From IMG/VR virus record IMGVR_UViG_2681813233_000003: 24,003 bases of DNA; one strand, written 5' to 3'. The first letter of the stretch is position 1. Every line of letters starts with the position of its first letter. Both the position numbers and the translations under genes were made by a program. This document shows, one piece after another, positions 1 to 9,370 of the stretch. This stretch comes from a virus (lineage: Duplodnaviria; Heunggongvirae; Uroviricota; Caudoviricetes). The notes under the pieces are model-generated. The model saw nothing but the letters and a program-made list of their open reading frames with translations, ran no database searches and had not been told where the DNA came from.

Positions 1-144
1 TGCTCAGAAAAAAGAGTTTCTTCTGAAGCAAACAAAGAAAAGAGTGACATTACTGAATTGCTCAGAAAACAGGTCAGACCAGATTGAAGCAATTTAGATA
101 ATCGTGCAGACTACGCCCCCTCATATCACATGGAAGGTTTATCT

Positions 145-555
145 ATGGATCAGGTAGTCATTTTTAAACAAATATTTGATAAAGTTCGAAACGATTTAAA
201 CTATCAATGGTTTTATTCTGAGCTAAAACGTCACAATGTCTCACATTACATTTACTATTTAGCCACAGAGAATGTTCATATTGTATTAAAAAATGATAAT
301 ACAGTGTTATTAAAGGGCCTAAAAAACATTGTGTCTGTCAAATTTTCAAAGGATAGGCATCTTATAGAAACGACCTCTAATAAGCTGAAATCCAGAGAGA
401 TCACATTTCAGGAATACAGAAGAAACCTTGCTAAAGCAGGAGTTTTTCGATGGATTACAAATATCCACGAAAACAAAAGGTATTACTATACCTTTGATAA
501 TTCATTACTCTTTACTGAGAACATTCAGAACACTACACAAATATTTCCGCACTAA
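145..555 (+). CDS. AT-rich prophage accessory protein, resembles DLP12 YbcV (DUF1398-type); start taken at MDQVV
   Basis: ORF 130..555; internal ATG at 145 gives ~136 aa; sequence recalled as similar to E. coli cryptic-prophage YbcV/YdfO family; low GC. Confidence 0.5.
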   Translation: MDQVVIFKQIFDKVRNDLNYQWFYSELKRHNVSHYIYYLATENVHIVLKNDNTVLLKGLKNIVSVKFSKDRHLIETTSNKLKSREITFQEYRRNLAKAGVFRWITNIHENKRYYYTFDNSLLFTENIQNTTQIFPH

Positions 556-1046
556 ATCATAACGTCCGGTTTCTTCCGTGCCAGAACCGGACTCGCTGGC
601 ATGATGAAATATGTGTACCCGGTAACCCCGGTGTGCATCGTTTTTGATTATTCCCGCACACTCGCGCAGAAGGAGTTCCCCGTCGGGCTACGGTCTCTGT
701 TAATACGGGAATACGGCGACGATACAGCGCATGATGTGTCAGGCTTGAATACCTTTATCCTTTAAAAGGGATATCAGTTAAGTTATCCCGTGTAGGGTAT
801 AAGCCATTATCAAAGCCACTCTGTAGGAAGTGGCTTTTGTAATGGCAATAAAAAGCCCCGCGAATGCGAGGCTAAATCCTGGTATTTGTAATGACTGGCT
901 CTTATCTCAACGCAGCCCCTTACCGCGCGCAAAATGCTCAATATCAAGCATCAGCAATGAGATGTTTAATCTGGATTCACTCCAGAAGTGAGCACCACCC
1001 TGTCTACAGAGCCAGATGTGAAGGATGATGAGTAAAATTATCGCTA

Positions 1047-1514
1047 TCATCGAAGGCATTGCGTCCTGATGTATTCCTGAAGCGTTCTCAGTGCTGTTTG
1101 GTCGCGGATAATTCCGTCCCGGATACCGAGAACGTTTCGTCCAGCAACTGGAGAGAGTTCGACGGTGGCATCATTGCCCATGCCGGAGGCGCTGGAGGTT
1201 TCGGCTGAGGATGGCACAGGGCATTTTCCTTTGACGAGCACCCGACCACCATTATCAAGCTTGCGCCGAAGAGCATCATTTTCAGCTTTCGCATCAGCTA
1301 ACTCCTTCGTGTATTTATCATCGAGTGCATCAGCATCACGCTGGCGCTGCTGCATGTCAGTAATGGTGGCGTTCGCCTTCTCCAGTTCACTGGCCTTGTT
1401 ATCGCGCTGTTCTTTGTAGGCGATTGCATTATCACGGTAATGATTAACAGCCCATGACAGGCAGACGATGATGCAGATAACCAGAGCGGAGATAATCGCG
1501 GTTACCCTGCTCAT
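1047..1514 (-). CDS. Rz: Rz i-spanin (inner-membrane spanin subunit)
   Basis: N-terminal TM segment then coiled-coil-like charged region; ATG overlaps endolysin stop (ATGA); position after endolysin. Confidence 0.85.
   Translation of the reverse strand: MSRVTAIISALVICIIVCLSWAVNHYRDNAIAYKEQRDNKASELEKANATITDMQQRQRDADALDDKYTKELADAKAENDALRRKLDNGGRVLVKGKCPVPSSAETSSASGMGNDATVELSPVAGRNVLGIRDGIIRDQTALRTLQEYIRTQCLR
1088..1294 (-). CDS. Rz1: Rz1 o-spanin lipoprotein, embedded in +1 frame of Rz
   Basis: 68-aa ORF wholly inside Rz; lipobox-like IMVVGCSS; proline-rich [11 protein letters not shown] typical of Rz1. Confidence 0.7.
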   Translation of the reverse strand: MRKLKMMLFGASLIMVVGCSSKENALCHPQPKPPAPPAWAMMPPSNSLQLLDETFSVSGTELSATKQH

Positions 1515-2008
1515 TGTTGCCCCCACAAACAGACCTCACGCTCAATCTCACGACGAGTCATCAGGCCTTTCCATTGCTTACCGCCAGCGTATGCCCAGCG
1601 ACGTAGCTGGTCACATGCGCCCTTGATATCGCCCTGGTTTATTTTGCGAAGAAGAGTAGATGTTCTGAAATTGCCTGCGCCCACGTTATAGACGAACGAG
1701 TAAAGAGCGCCGCGCGTTGTTTCCGGTATATCGACTTTGATGTACGGGTTAATTTGTCTGGCTACCGTGGCAAGGTCTTTATTCAGGAGGGCTTTGCATT
1801 CTGCTTCGGTATACGTTTTACCGGGAATGATGTCTTTTCCTGTATGCCCGTGACATACAGTCCATACGCCAACGATATCTTTGTATGGTATGTAGCTGAC
1901 ACCTTCCAGACCATCGTTACCACTTGGGCCAGTGATTAACACTGATGCTATAGCAATTGCTCCGCCACCAATAGCAGCAGCAACAGCTTTTCGTAATGAT
2001 GGAGGCAT
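1511..2008 (-). CDS. R: SAR endolysin (phage 21 R21 / DLP12 RrrD-type lysozyme)
   Basis: 165 aa; N-terminal Gly/Ala-rich signal-anchor-release segment; lysozyme-like body; start overlaps holin stop. Confidence 0.9.
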   Translation of the reverse strand: MPPSLRKAVAAAIGGGAIAIASVLITGPSGNDGLEGVSYIPYKDIVGVWTVCHGHTGKDIIPGKTYTEAECKALLNKDLATVARQINPYIKVDIPETTRGALYSFVYNVGAGNFRTSTLLRKINQGDIKGACDQLRRWAYAGGKQWKGLMTRREIEREVCLWGQQ

Positions 2009-2223
2009 TATCCACCTCTCGCAGCCTTGCGCTTATCTTCTTTAATCTTGAAATAAAGGTTTGTCAGGTACGTCAGCAGGCCAAATACCAGGCTACCCAG
2101 CACTCCAATTGCCGCCCACTGTGAGGGCGTGACTTTATCTAGCAGCTGTAAAAACCAGTACCCGGCACTACCTGCTGAGGTGCCATAGGCGACACCCGTT
2201 GTTAACTTATCCATGGATTTCAT
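2008..2223 (-). CDS. S: Pinholin S21-type (class II holin) with dual start MKSMDK (antiholin S71 / holin S68)
   Basis: 71 aa; close match to recalled phage 21 S / DLP12 EssD sequence; two TM helices; Met1 and Met4 dual-start motif. Confidence 0.9.
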
Positions 2224-2335
2224 AACCCCACCTCGCAGACAAAGCGGGTGTAAATTGAGGGAATACTACGAAACGTAACAGACTCGGAGTCAGTGAATAA
2301 CTCAGGTATTGGGTTATCAGCTAATATCGAGACTC

Positions 2336-2368
2336 AAAAAATGGAAAAACCCGCTCGACGGCGGGTTT
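2336..2368 (-). terminator. Intrinsic terminator on minus strand between porin and holin (possible tR'-like)
   Basis: Hairpin aaacccgc-tcgacg-gcgggttt; on minus strand followed by TTTTTCCATTTTTT. Confidence 0.4.
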
Positions 2369-2796
2369 AAGCTGTGTGACGAAGTAACCACTCTTAACAG
2401 CATAACCAATTTTTTACGTACGTAAACCACTAAATGATATTTGCGAGAATGCTACCGAGTATTGAAAACACCACTACAAATACATAAGAAAATCTCAACA
2501 AATAACCAATAAATAATTTCCAGTGTTATTTTTAGTCGGTTTAAATTGAACCTTCAAATTATAGAGCACTTATAAATAACAGCCGTTAATATAAATTGGC
2601 TAATAGATTTATTTTTATTCAGCCAAGAGCCATGAATAGGATTCGATAGAAAAAAGTTCAGATAAAAATAGAGATCTACTTCACAAATCAAACGAGAAAC
2701 TAAAACTTACATCTTGAAATAATCACATTGATTAGATGAATATTTATCGCGCAGTGACATCATTTTTTAATAATAGTTCAAAAAAAAGGGCTCACG

Positions 2797-3879
2797 ATGA
2801 AAAAATTAACAGTGGCAATTTCTGCTGTAGCTGCATCAGTACTGATGGCGATGTCTGCTCAGGCAGCTGAAATTTATAATAAAGACAGTAACAAGCTGGA
2901 TCTGTACGGGAAAGTTAATGCCAAGCACTACTTCTCCTCTAATGATGCAGATGATGGTGATACTACTTATGCCCGTCTTGGCTTCAAAGGTGAAACCCAA
3001 ATCAACGATCAACTGACTGGTTTCGGTCAGTGGGAATATGAATTCAAAGGCAACCGCGCTGAATCTCAAGGCTCCTCCAAAGACAAAACCCGTCTTGCAT
3101 TTGCAGGCCTGAAATTCGGGGACTACGGCTCCATCGATTACGGCCGTAACTACGGTGTAGCATACGACATCGGTGCATGGACCGACGTTCTGCCAGAATT
3201 CGGTGGCGATACCTGGACCCAAACAGATGTATTCATGACTGGTCGCACCACAGGTGTTGCAACTTATCGTAACAACGACTTCTTTGGTCTGGTTGATGGC
3301 CTGAACTTTGCAGCTCAGTATCAGGGCAAAAATGACCGAAATGAAGTAACTGAAGCTAATGGCGATGGTTTCGGTTTCTCAACTACTTATGAGTATGAAG
3401 GATTCGGCGTGGGTGCAACCTATGCTAAATCTGATCGCACTAATAATCAGGTTATCTACGGTAACAACGGTCTGAATGCTTCTGGTCAAAATGCTGAAGT
3501 ATGGGCAGCTGGTCTGAAATATGATGCGAACAACATCTATCTGGCCACCACCTATTCTGAAACCCAGAACATGACTGTTTTTGGTAATAACCATATTGCC
3601 AACAAAGCACAAAACTTCGAAGCTGTTGCACAATATCAGTTCGACTTCGGCCTGCGTCCATCCGTTGCTTACCTGCATTCTAAAGGAAAAGACTTGGGTG
3701 TTTGGGGTGATCAGGACCTGGTTGAATATGTTGATGTAGGTGCAACCTATTACTTCAACAAAAATATGTCCACTTTTGTTGACTACAAAATCAACCTGAT
3801 TGATAAGAGCGATTTCACGAAAGCATCTGGCGTTGCTACCGATGATATCGTTGCTGTAGGTATGGTTTACCAGTTCTAA
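2797..3879 (+). CDS. Outer-membrane porin, OmpC/OmpF family (phage-encoded Lc/NmpC-like lysogenic-conversion porin)
   Basis: 360 aa; signal peptide ending AQA-AEIYNK; porin motifs; C-terminal VYQF; located between Q and lysis genes in opposite orientation as in DLP12 nmpC / PA-2 lc. Confidence 0.9.
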   Translation: MKKLTVAISAVAASVLMAMSAQAAEIYNKDSNKLDLYGKVNAKHYFSSNDADDGDTTYARLGFKGETQINDQLTGFGQWEYEFKGNRAESQGSSKDKTRLAFAGLKFGDYGSIDYGRNYGVAYDIGAWTDVLPEFGGDTWTQTDVFMTGRTTGVATYRNNDFFGLVDGLNFAAQYQGKNDRNEVTEANGDGFGFSTTYEYEGFGVGATYAKSDRTNNQVIYGNNGLNASGQNAEVWAAGLKYDANNIYLATTYSETQNMTVFGNNHIANKAQNFEAVAQYQFDFGLRPSVAYLHSKGKDLGVWGDQDLVEYVDVGATYYFNKNMSTFVDYKINLIDKSDFTKASGVATDDIVAVGMVYQF

Positions 3880-4016
3880 TTTGATTACTAAAAGATATGT
3901 TGTGGGAGGCTTTGCCTCCCACAACATATAAGTGGCTCCCTCAAGCCACTTCCTTTAGAAGCACAACCTTGCTTCTAACTATATAAACCTTCTGTTATAT
4001 ATTACCCTTTATTTTT

Positions 4017-4041
4017 GGGGGCGTTTCAACGCCCCATTTTT
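4017..4041 (+). terminator. Intrinsic terminator downstream of porin gene
   Basis: 8-bp GC-rich stem ggggcgtt/aacgcccc followed by ATTTTT; preceded by further hairpins at 3885-3990. Confidence 0.5.
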
Positions 4042-4068
4042 AATAACTTTTAGTAAATAATTAGCGTA

Positions 4069-4452
4069 TTAATTAGAGTTATTAACAACGATATCCATCT
4101 CTAACCGGATATCTAATGCCATTAACATCCCTTCAATTATGCCCTCAGCCTTTTGTAACCTTTTCCCGATATAACCATCAGAGCAGCAATGCTTACCTGC
4201 CAGTGACATGAATGTCATACCGACTATATAATAATCTACTAATAAATCGTGCAAATCGCTGTTGTTCTTTTTCAGACGGGCCATGCACCCGCAAATGATC
4301 ATCGCGTCATCGTCACAACATTGCGGGCGAGATTTTACTTTTGAAGGAATTAATCCCTTAAAACCGGCGGCAATGGACGACCAGGTCACATCTTCATGAT
4401 TATTAGCCGCCCACGCTCCCCAACGCTCAAGAACCATCTGAATATCACGCAT
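4069..4452 (-). CDS. Q: Late antiterminator Q (phage 82 / DLP12 QuuD type)
   Basis: 127 aa from [11 protein letters not shown]; recalled near-identity to DLP12 QuuD; position upstream of lysis cassette. Confidence 0.85.
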   Translation of the reverse strand: MRDIQMVLERWGAWAANNHEDVTWSSIAAGFKGLIPSKVKSRPQCCDDDAMIICGCMARLKKNNSDLHDLLVDYYIVGMTFMSLAGKHCCSDGYIGKRLQKAEGIIEGMLMALDIRLEMDIVVNNSN

Positions 4453-4537
4453 CAACTTACTCCACAAAAATCAGACCAAAACGCCAATTACAAGCAAAAA
4501 TCAACAAAACAGTATTAGTTGATTGTTATCTCTAACT

Positions 4538-4660
4538 TCATACTCCTGCTCCTGTCAGGGTTTTGGCGTAACTCTTCAGTATTCGGTAATCGGTCAAAAC
4601 AGAACCGGGGAAACGATATAAGCGCAGGCGCACCCAGCGGCGGCGAAGACGTTCTGCCAT
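4538..4660 (-). CDS. Small Arg-rich protein, YlcG-like (40 aa)
   Basis: Manually translated MAERLRRRWVRLRLYRFPGSVLTDYRILKSYAKTLTGAGV; lies between rusA and Q as ylcG does in DLP12; below ORF-track size cut-off. Confidence 0.5.
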   Translation of the reverse strand: MAERLRRRWVRLRLYRFPGSVLTDYRILKSYAKTLTGAGV

Positions 4661-4674
4661 ATAAGACTCAAACA

Positions 4675-5037
4675 TCATTCATCTCCCAGTTCAGTGATGG
4701 TCAGTTCCAGCCTCCCACCTTTGGTAACAGGCATCTTCACAACGCGGTAATCAACGACCTGAGCATCATCCAGCCAGAAACCTGCTTTGGTGAGTGCGTC
4801 AAAAGCGGCCTTTTGCAGATTATCCAGGTCACGGCGACGGCGATCCGGCATGTGGCACTCAATGCGGATTTTCACAGGCATAGCCAGGCCGATATCCAGC
4901 ATTGCGTTTTTAATGATTCGGGCGACGTTATCGCGGTATGCCTGCCCCTCTGCGCTGATGTGCGTGCGCCCGCGATTATGGCGGTAATAGCGATTATTGC
5001 TCGGAGGCCAGGGTAATGTGATGCTGTAGGTATTCAC
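4675..5037 (-). CDS. rusA: Holliday-junction resolvase RusA (GTG start)
   Basis: 120 aa; characteristic RusA sequence recalled from DLP12/phage 82; nin-region position. Confidence 0.9.
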   Translation of the reverse strand: MNTYSITLPWPPSNNRYYRHNRGRTHISAEGQAYRDNVARIIKNAMLDIGLAMPVKIRIECHMPDRRRRDLDNLQKAAFDALTKAGFWLDDAQVVDYRVVKMPVTKGGRLELTITELGDE

Positions 5038-5039
5038 GC

Positions 5040-5250
5040 CTTAATAACCCCCCTCTTTCAGCCAGATAACCTGTGTTCTCGCCATACCTTCCAGCGCGCA
5101 TTCTTTTGCATATGCAGCATCGACTTGCTTGGCATGCCCTTTACCGGCAATCTTCTGTATGCGCTAAACCTAGATAGAATCCACTCTGTGCACATTGAAG
5201 CCCGCTCTATGCTTCCTTTCAGGTATTGAAGGGATTGAGATGGGCTAAGC
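5040..5250 (-). pseudogene. Degraded ybcO-like (DUF1364) remnant, fragments in two frames
   Basis: One frame translates ...HAKQVDAAYAKECALEGMARTQVIWLKEGGY*, recalled as matching the YbcO C-terminus; in-frame TAG upstream; no intact start. Confidence 0.3.
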
Positions 5251-5592
5251 ATTATTGGCCTCCTGCATCAGGAGAAAGACAATCATGGCGGCGCGGAGAG
5301 GTCTGGTATCAAATATTGGGCTTACGCCTTTTGCATCCACACACCATTCAGTTAACTGGTCTAAGATAGAAATCCTGTATTTCTCAATAATCGGCCATGA
5401 AGCGCTCGGATCATTGCAGTAGTCAGGCAAATGATTTAATGGCTCAAAAGTTGTATCAGCATTTCCGTAATACCATTTGTTGGTGTTATTCCCTGATGTT
5501 TCCGGTTTACTTGCCCAAAGGCCTTTAAAAATTATGTCTCCTACCATTCTGTTAATTTCAAAATCACTTAACTGTGAATAATCCATTGTCAT
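5245..5592 (-). CDS. Hypothetical nin-region protein (115 aa from MTMDYSQL)
   Basis: ORF 5245..5628; RBS gagga precedes ATG at 5592, which overlaps the ninE-like stop (ATGA). Confidence 0.55.
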   Translation of the reverse strand: MTMDYSQLSDFEINRMVGDIIFKGLWASKPETSGNNTNKWYYGNADTTFEPLNHLPDYCNDPSASWPIIEKYRISILDQLTEWCVDAKGVSPIFDTRPLRAAMIVFLLMQEANNA

Positions 5593-5765
5593 TTCCTCGC
5601 ACGATATCTTAGCCACCGGATATCCCACAGGTGAGCTGTGTAATTGAAGGTTTTTACGTCAGATTCTTTTGGGATTGGCTTGCGTTTATTTCTGGAGCGT
5701 TTCGTTGGAAGGTATTTGCAGTTTTCGCAGATGATGTCGGTGAAACTTCGTCGCTGTCGCCTCAT
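5589..5765 (-). CDS. ninE: NinE-like small protein (58 aa)
   Basis: Manual translation [58 protein letters not shown]; start overlaps Dam stop, stop overlaps next start. Confidence 0.6.
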   Translation of the reverse strand: MRRQRRSFTDIICENCKYLPTKRSRNKRKPIPKESDVKTFNYTAHLWDIRWLRYRARK

Positions 5766-6289
5766 GCCGCCCTCCTGACGCCCTGCCCGATCGCCATCAA
5801 TGCCGCTTTGGATACGGTAGTAAACATCCGTCGAGGACTAATGAACGGTCGCCAAATCAGCAGCATGGAGCCTTTGCTGTTTCCCTTCTTCTCCAACCCT
5901 GTCGATGGTTCGATAAAATTAATCCGTCCATCAGTGATAATGCGAACTTCGTCGACACTCTCCAGAGCCTTGCTGAACCATCCGACTGACATATCCTCTG
6001 GCACAAGCATAACTACCGTCTGTCGCTGTTGTATGCACTGCTCAGCGGCTTTTTCCACCCACGGCCTGATATTGCTGTACGGTGGGTTATTCCAGATTGC
6101 ACCGTGGCTTACCCACTCAGAATTGAGCGCGTCGTCGGCCTCAGTTAGCCAGTGAGCACACAGAGCATTTTTGTCGCTCGCTGCCGAATCCAGCCAGAAT
6201 CCAAACTCAATATCCAGTGCATCAAAAAGCCAAAGCGGCGTTTGCCAGCAGTCCTTGTCGTGTGCTGGCGTATTTGATTTGATAGTCAT
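5762..6289 (-). CDS. Phage DNA N6-adenine methyltransferase (orphan Dam-like) in place of lambda ninC
   Basis: NPPY catalytic motif (IWNNPPYS); ~175 aa from MTIKSNTP; ATG overlaps ninB stop; start could lie further upstream in the same ORF. Confidence 0.75.
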   Translation of the reverse strand: MTIKSNTPAHDKDCWQTPLWLFDALDIEFGFWLDSAASDKNALCAHWLTEADDALNSEWVSHGAIWNNPPYSNIRPWVEKAAEQCIQQRQTVVMLVPEDMSVGWFSKALESVDEVRIITDGRINFIEPSTGLEKKGNSKGSMLLIWRPFISPRRMFTTVSKAALMAIGQGVRRAA

Positions 6290-6726
6290 GCAGCCCGATC
6301 TCCCCATCTCGCTTTCCACTCCAGAGCCAGTCTCGCTTCGTCTGACCACTTAACGCCACGCTCTGTACCGAATGCCTGTATAAGCTCTAATAGCTCCGCA
6401 AATTCGCCTACACGCATCCTGCTGGTTGACTGGCCTATTACCACAAAGCCATTCCCGGCAAGGTTAGGAACAACATCCTGCTGCTTTAATGCTGCGGTAA
6501 ACACACACTTCCAGCTTTCTGCATCCAGCCAGCGACCATGCCATTCAACCTGACGAGAGACGTCACCTAAGCAGGCCCATAGCTTCCTGTTTTGGTCTAA
6601 GCTGCGGTTGCGTTCCTGAATGGTTACTACGATTGGTTTGGTTGGGTCTGGAAGGATTTGCTGTACTGCGTGAATAGCGTTTTGCTGATGTGCTGGAGAT
6701 CGAATTTCAAAGGTTAGTTTTTTCAT
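6286..6726 (-). CDS. ninB: NinB (Orf recombination mediator), lambda-type
   Basis: 146 aa from MKKLTFEIRSPAHQQ; recalled lambda NinB sequence. Confidence 0.9.
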   Translation of the reverse strand: MKKLTFEIRSPAHQQNAIHAVQQILPDPTKPIVVTIQERNRSLDQNRKLWACLGDVSRQVEWHGRWLDAESWKCVFTAALKQQDVVPNLAGNGFVVIGQSTSRMRVGEFAELLELIQAFGTERGVKWSDEARLALEWKARWGDRAA

Positions 6727-6799
6727 GACTTCCCTCTCCCCCAAATAAAAAGGCCTGCGATTACCAGCAGGCCTGTTATTAGCTCAGTAATGTAGATGG

Positions 6800-7090
6800 T
6801 CATCTTTTAACTCCATATACCGCCAATACCCGTTTCATCGCGGCACTCTGGCGACACTCCTTAAAAATCAGGTTCGTGCTCATCTTTCCTTCCCGTTCTT
6901 CCCTGGTAGCAAACCGGTAATACACCGTTCGCCAGACCTTACCTTCGATAACCAGAAGACCTGCCCGTGCCATTTTAGCCGCGGCCTGATTTATGCTGGT
7001 TACTGTTGCGCCTGTTAGCGCGGCAACGTCCGGCGCACAGAAGCTATTATGCGTCCCCAGGTAATGAATAATTGCCTCTTTGCCCGTCAT
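6800..7090 (-). CDS. ren: Ren (Rex-exclusion resistance) protein, lambda-type
   Basis: 96 aa; position immediately downstream of P; start overlaps P stop. Confidence 0.8.
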   Translation of the reverse strand: MTGKEAIIHYLGTHNSFCAPDVAALTGATVTSINQAAAKMARAGLLVIEGKVWRTVYYRFATREEREGKMSTNLIFKECRQSAAMKRVLAVYGVKR

Positions 7091-7788
7091 ACACTTGCTC
7101 CTTTCAGTCCGAACTTAGCTTTGATTTCTGCGATCTTCGCCAGAGCCTGTGCACGATTTAGAGGTCTACCGCCCATGACAGGAAGTTGTTTTACTGGTTC
7201 AGGGATCGCCTCACCACGGTTAATTCTCGCAGTCATATGGACAAGCTCATCTGCGGCCTTACGGCGTAATTCCGCATCAGTAAGCGCATTGGCCCGCATG
7301 TTCTGATACAGGTTGGTAACCAGCCAGTAGTGCGCGTTTGATTTCCACGGATAAGACTCCGCATCCGGATACAGGCCTCGCTTCCGGCAATACTCGTAAA
7401 CCATATCAACCAGCTCGCTGACGTTTGGCAGTCCGGCGATAACGGATGCTTCTTCCCGGCACCATGCAACAAACTGCCCGGGTGATGGCAGAAATGGTCG
7501 ATTCTGCCGACGGGCTACGCGCATTCCTGCGTTAACCTGTTCCATTGTGGTGATCCCGTTTTCCCGGAAAGCCAGCACCCACTGGCGGCGGATTTCGTTC
7601 AGTTCGTTCTGGTCACGGTTAGCCAGACTCGCCGGGAAAGTTGCCAGTAACTGGCTGAACACACCGTTGATGATCTGCGCTACCTGCTGTACCTGCGGCT
7701 TTTCGTCGTACTGTTCCGGCATGTTGTTGGCGATCCGACGCATCTGCTCACGGTCAAAGTTAACCATCTGTGCGGCGATGTTTTTCAT
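7087..7788 (-). CDS. P: Replication protein P (DnaB helicase loader), lambda-type
   Basis: 233 aa; recalled lambda P sequence; overlaps O stop. Confidence 0.95.
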   Translation of the reverse strand: MKNIAAQMVNFDREQMRRIANNMPEQYDEKPQVQQVAQIINGVFSQLLATFPASLANRDQNELNEIRRQWVLAFRENGITTMEQVNAGMRVARRQNRPFLPSPGQFVAWCREEASVIAGLPNVSELVDMVYEYCRKRGLYPDAESYPWKSNAHYWLVTNLYQNMRANALTDAELRRKAADELVHMTARINRGEAIPEPVKQLPVMGGRPLNRAQALAKIAEIKAKFGLKGASV

Positions 7789-8684
7789 AGATCCACCCCG
7801 TAAATCCAGTCTGTGTTTGTCAGGTCGAGTTTTGGTTTGCTGGCTGTCACGACTGCCTGTTGCTTGTTACGGTTGATTTCGAGCTGGGTCCACTTGTCGC
7901 GGAGTTTGGCCGGACTCAGCACGTTACCGGACCAGAAGTTGTCCTGGCAGGCCCAGCGGAAAAGCACACACATATCGCGGTGGTTACGTCCGTCACGTTC
8001 ACGCATCAGGCGGATATCGTTAGCCCACCCAGCAAAATTCGGTTTTCTGGCTGATGGTGCGATAGTCTTCACCATGTCAAACATCCACTCTGCGGCGGTC
8101 AGGTCTTCTGCTGTCCCCCACTTGCTGCCGCTCTGAATTGCAGCATCCGGTTTAACCACAGAAAGATCGTTTTCTGGCTGGTCAGAGGATTCGCCAGAAT
8201 TCTCGGACGAATAATCTTTTCTTTTTTCTTTTGTAATAGTGTCTTTTGTGTCCCCCTGTTTTGAGGGATAGCAATCCCCCAATTTGAGGGATGTTTTATC
8301 CCTCGTTTTAGGGGATTTTCCCTCGTTTTGAGGGATACACCATTCTGAGATGTTTTTATTTGGTCCAAACATGCCGCCTTGCTGCTTGATAATATTCATT
8401 CTGACGAGTTCTAACTTGGCTTCATTGCACCGTTTGACAGGTAACTTTGTAATCTCGCTAAGTTGAGAATCGGTGATTCTGTCCATTGGTTTATTCCACC
8501 CATAGGTTTTACGCAGAATGGCAAGCAGCACTTTAAACTGTCGCTTGGTCAGATCTGCGCCTGAATAAGCCTCAAGCAGCATATTTGATAGTCTGGCGTA
8601 ACCATCATCGAGATCTGCCACATTACGCTCCTGTTTGGCAAAGTTACCTCTGCAGAAGTTGAGTATTTTTGCTGTATTTGTCAT
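7785..8684 (-). CDS. O: Replication initiator O, lambda-type
   Basis: 299 aa; contains the ori-lambda iterons within its coding sequence. Confidence 0.95.
   Translation of the reverse strand: MTNTAKILNFCRGNFAKQERNVADLDDGYARLSNMLLEAYSGADLTKRQFKVLLAILRKTYGWNKPMDRITDSQLSEITKLPVKRCNEAKLELVRMNIIKQQGGMFGPNKNISEWCIPQNEGKSPKTRDKTSLKLGDCYPSKQGDTKDTITKEKRKDYSSENSGESSDQPENDLSVVKPDAAIQSGSKWGTAEDLTAAEWMFDMVKTIAPSARKPNFAGWANDIRLMRERDGRNHRDMCVLFRWACQDNFWSGNVLSPAKLRDKWTQLEINRNKQQAVVTASKPKLDLTNTDWIYGVDL
8251..8336. repeat. ori-lambda iterons (four ~19-bp repeats) with adjacent AT-rich region 8205-8245
   Basis: Repeated tccctcaaaacgagggaaa-type units visible as reverse complement; flanked by an A/T tract. 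Confidence 0.85.
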
Positions 8685-8716
8685 AATGACTCCTGTGGAT
8701 TGATCCAGTAATGACC

Positions 8717-9013
8717 TCAGAATTCCATCTGGATTTGTTCAGAACGCTCGGTTGCCGCCGGGCGTTTTTTATTGGTGAATCCATCAAGCGCATACTTAAA
8801 AGCCCTGCTAATCGGACTTATGTCTGATGCCATTCCGAAAGCACACAAGACCGAAGCAATAAATCTCCAGTCCGTTCTGCTTATCTTCGATTCATGACAG
8901 CCAATCATCTTTGCCAGACCGCGCTGGGTAATAGCTGACAGATTGATAAGTAAATCTGTTTCTGCGCGATCAACGTCACGCTGTGATAGTTTGCTGTAAC
9001 TTGTTCTTTCCAT
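8717..9013 (-). CDS. cII: CII-like transcriptional activator, chimeric (non-lambda N-terminus, lambda-identical C-terminal ~20 aa)
   Basis: C-terminus ...TNKKRPAATERSEQIQMEF matches lambda CII; N-terminal HTH region differs. Confidence 0.8.
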   Translation of the reverse strand: MERTSYSKLSQRDVDRAETDLLINLSAITQRGLAKMIGCHESKISRTDWRFIASVLCAFGMASDISPISRAFKYALDGFTNKKRPAATERSEQIQMEF

Positions 9014-9098
9014 TTCTTAAGATTTCCAATAGTGAATAGTTAGTTGAAAGGTATGCGTGGAAACGCATATGGCCTTAGTTGGTCAGATATCTTGGAAC

Positions 9099-9144
9099 TC
9101 GCTTTTCAGCGACGTAGGACGAATGTCCGTTGTTACAAAGAGCG
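9099..9144 (-). promoter_or_regulatory. nutR-like site (boxA cgctctttgtaacaa, boxB hairpin tcgc-tgaaaa-gcga) between cro and cII
   Basis: On minus strand, boxA-like consensus followed ~15 nt later by a GAAAA-loop hairpin; same architecture as the nutL candidate. Confidence 0.5.
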
Positions 9145-9154
9145 GATCCGCTTA

Positions 9155-9370
9155 TTAAGCGGCTTTGTGTTCCGGCGGGAACACGTCATCAAGACTGACT
9201 TTTGCGCCTAACTTGTTTAGGCATGCAACAAGAGCACGGCATGTTTTAAGGTCTGGGAAGCGACGACCAGATTCCCAATGTCCGATAGCTCCCTGTGTGC
9301 ATCCAACTGCCTTAGCAAGTGTTGTTTGAGAGATATTCAGTGACTCTCGATATTTTCGTAGGTTGCTCAT
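9155..9370 (-). CDS. cro: Cro-like HTH repressor (non-lambda immunity specificity)
   Basis: 71 aa; HTH motif QTTLAKAVGCTQGAIGHWESG; divergent from cI; strong GGAGG RBS. Confidence 0.75.
   Translation of the reverse strand: MSNLRKYRESLNISQTTLAKAVGCTQGAIGHWESGRRFPDLKTCRALVACLNKLGAKVSLDDVFPPEHKAA

Noticed and set aside
2224-2796. Possible tRNA genes between Q and S, as in some lambdoid phages
   Set aside because: No cloverleaf-compatible sequence with a conserved T-loop motif was evident by eye; the region is AT-rich promoter-like DNA. tRNAscan would settle it.
2836-3927. Minus-strand ORFs (2836..3222, 3379..3927, 3452..3661) inside the porin gene
   Set aside because: They lie antisense within a well-supported porin CDS and have no RBS or recognisable similarity; likely spurious.
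4519-5016. Plus-strand ORFs (4519..5016, 4787..4987) opposite rusA and ylcG
   Set aside because: Antisense to the confidently identified rusA; Arg/Ser-rich low-complexity translation typical of the reverse frame of a real gene.
5631-6353. Plus-strand ORFs (5631..6155, 6171..6353) opposite ninE, Dam and ninB
   Set aside because: Antisense to a translationally coupled gene chain; no independent support.
8251-8336. Short direct repeats that could be taken for a CRISPR array or transposon end
   Set aside because: Sequence and position inside O identify them as ori-lambda iterons; no spacer-repeat periodicity or cas genes.
7049-8368. Plus- and minus-strand alternative ORFs within O, P and ren (7049..7306, 7233..7472, 7547..7876, 7813..8136, 7860..8054, 8099..8368)
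   Set aside because: They overlap lambda O/P/ren, which match known proteins over their full lengths.
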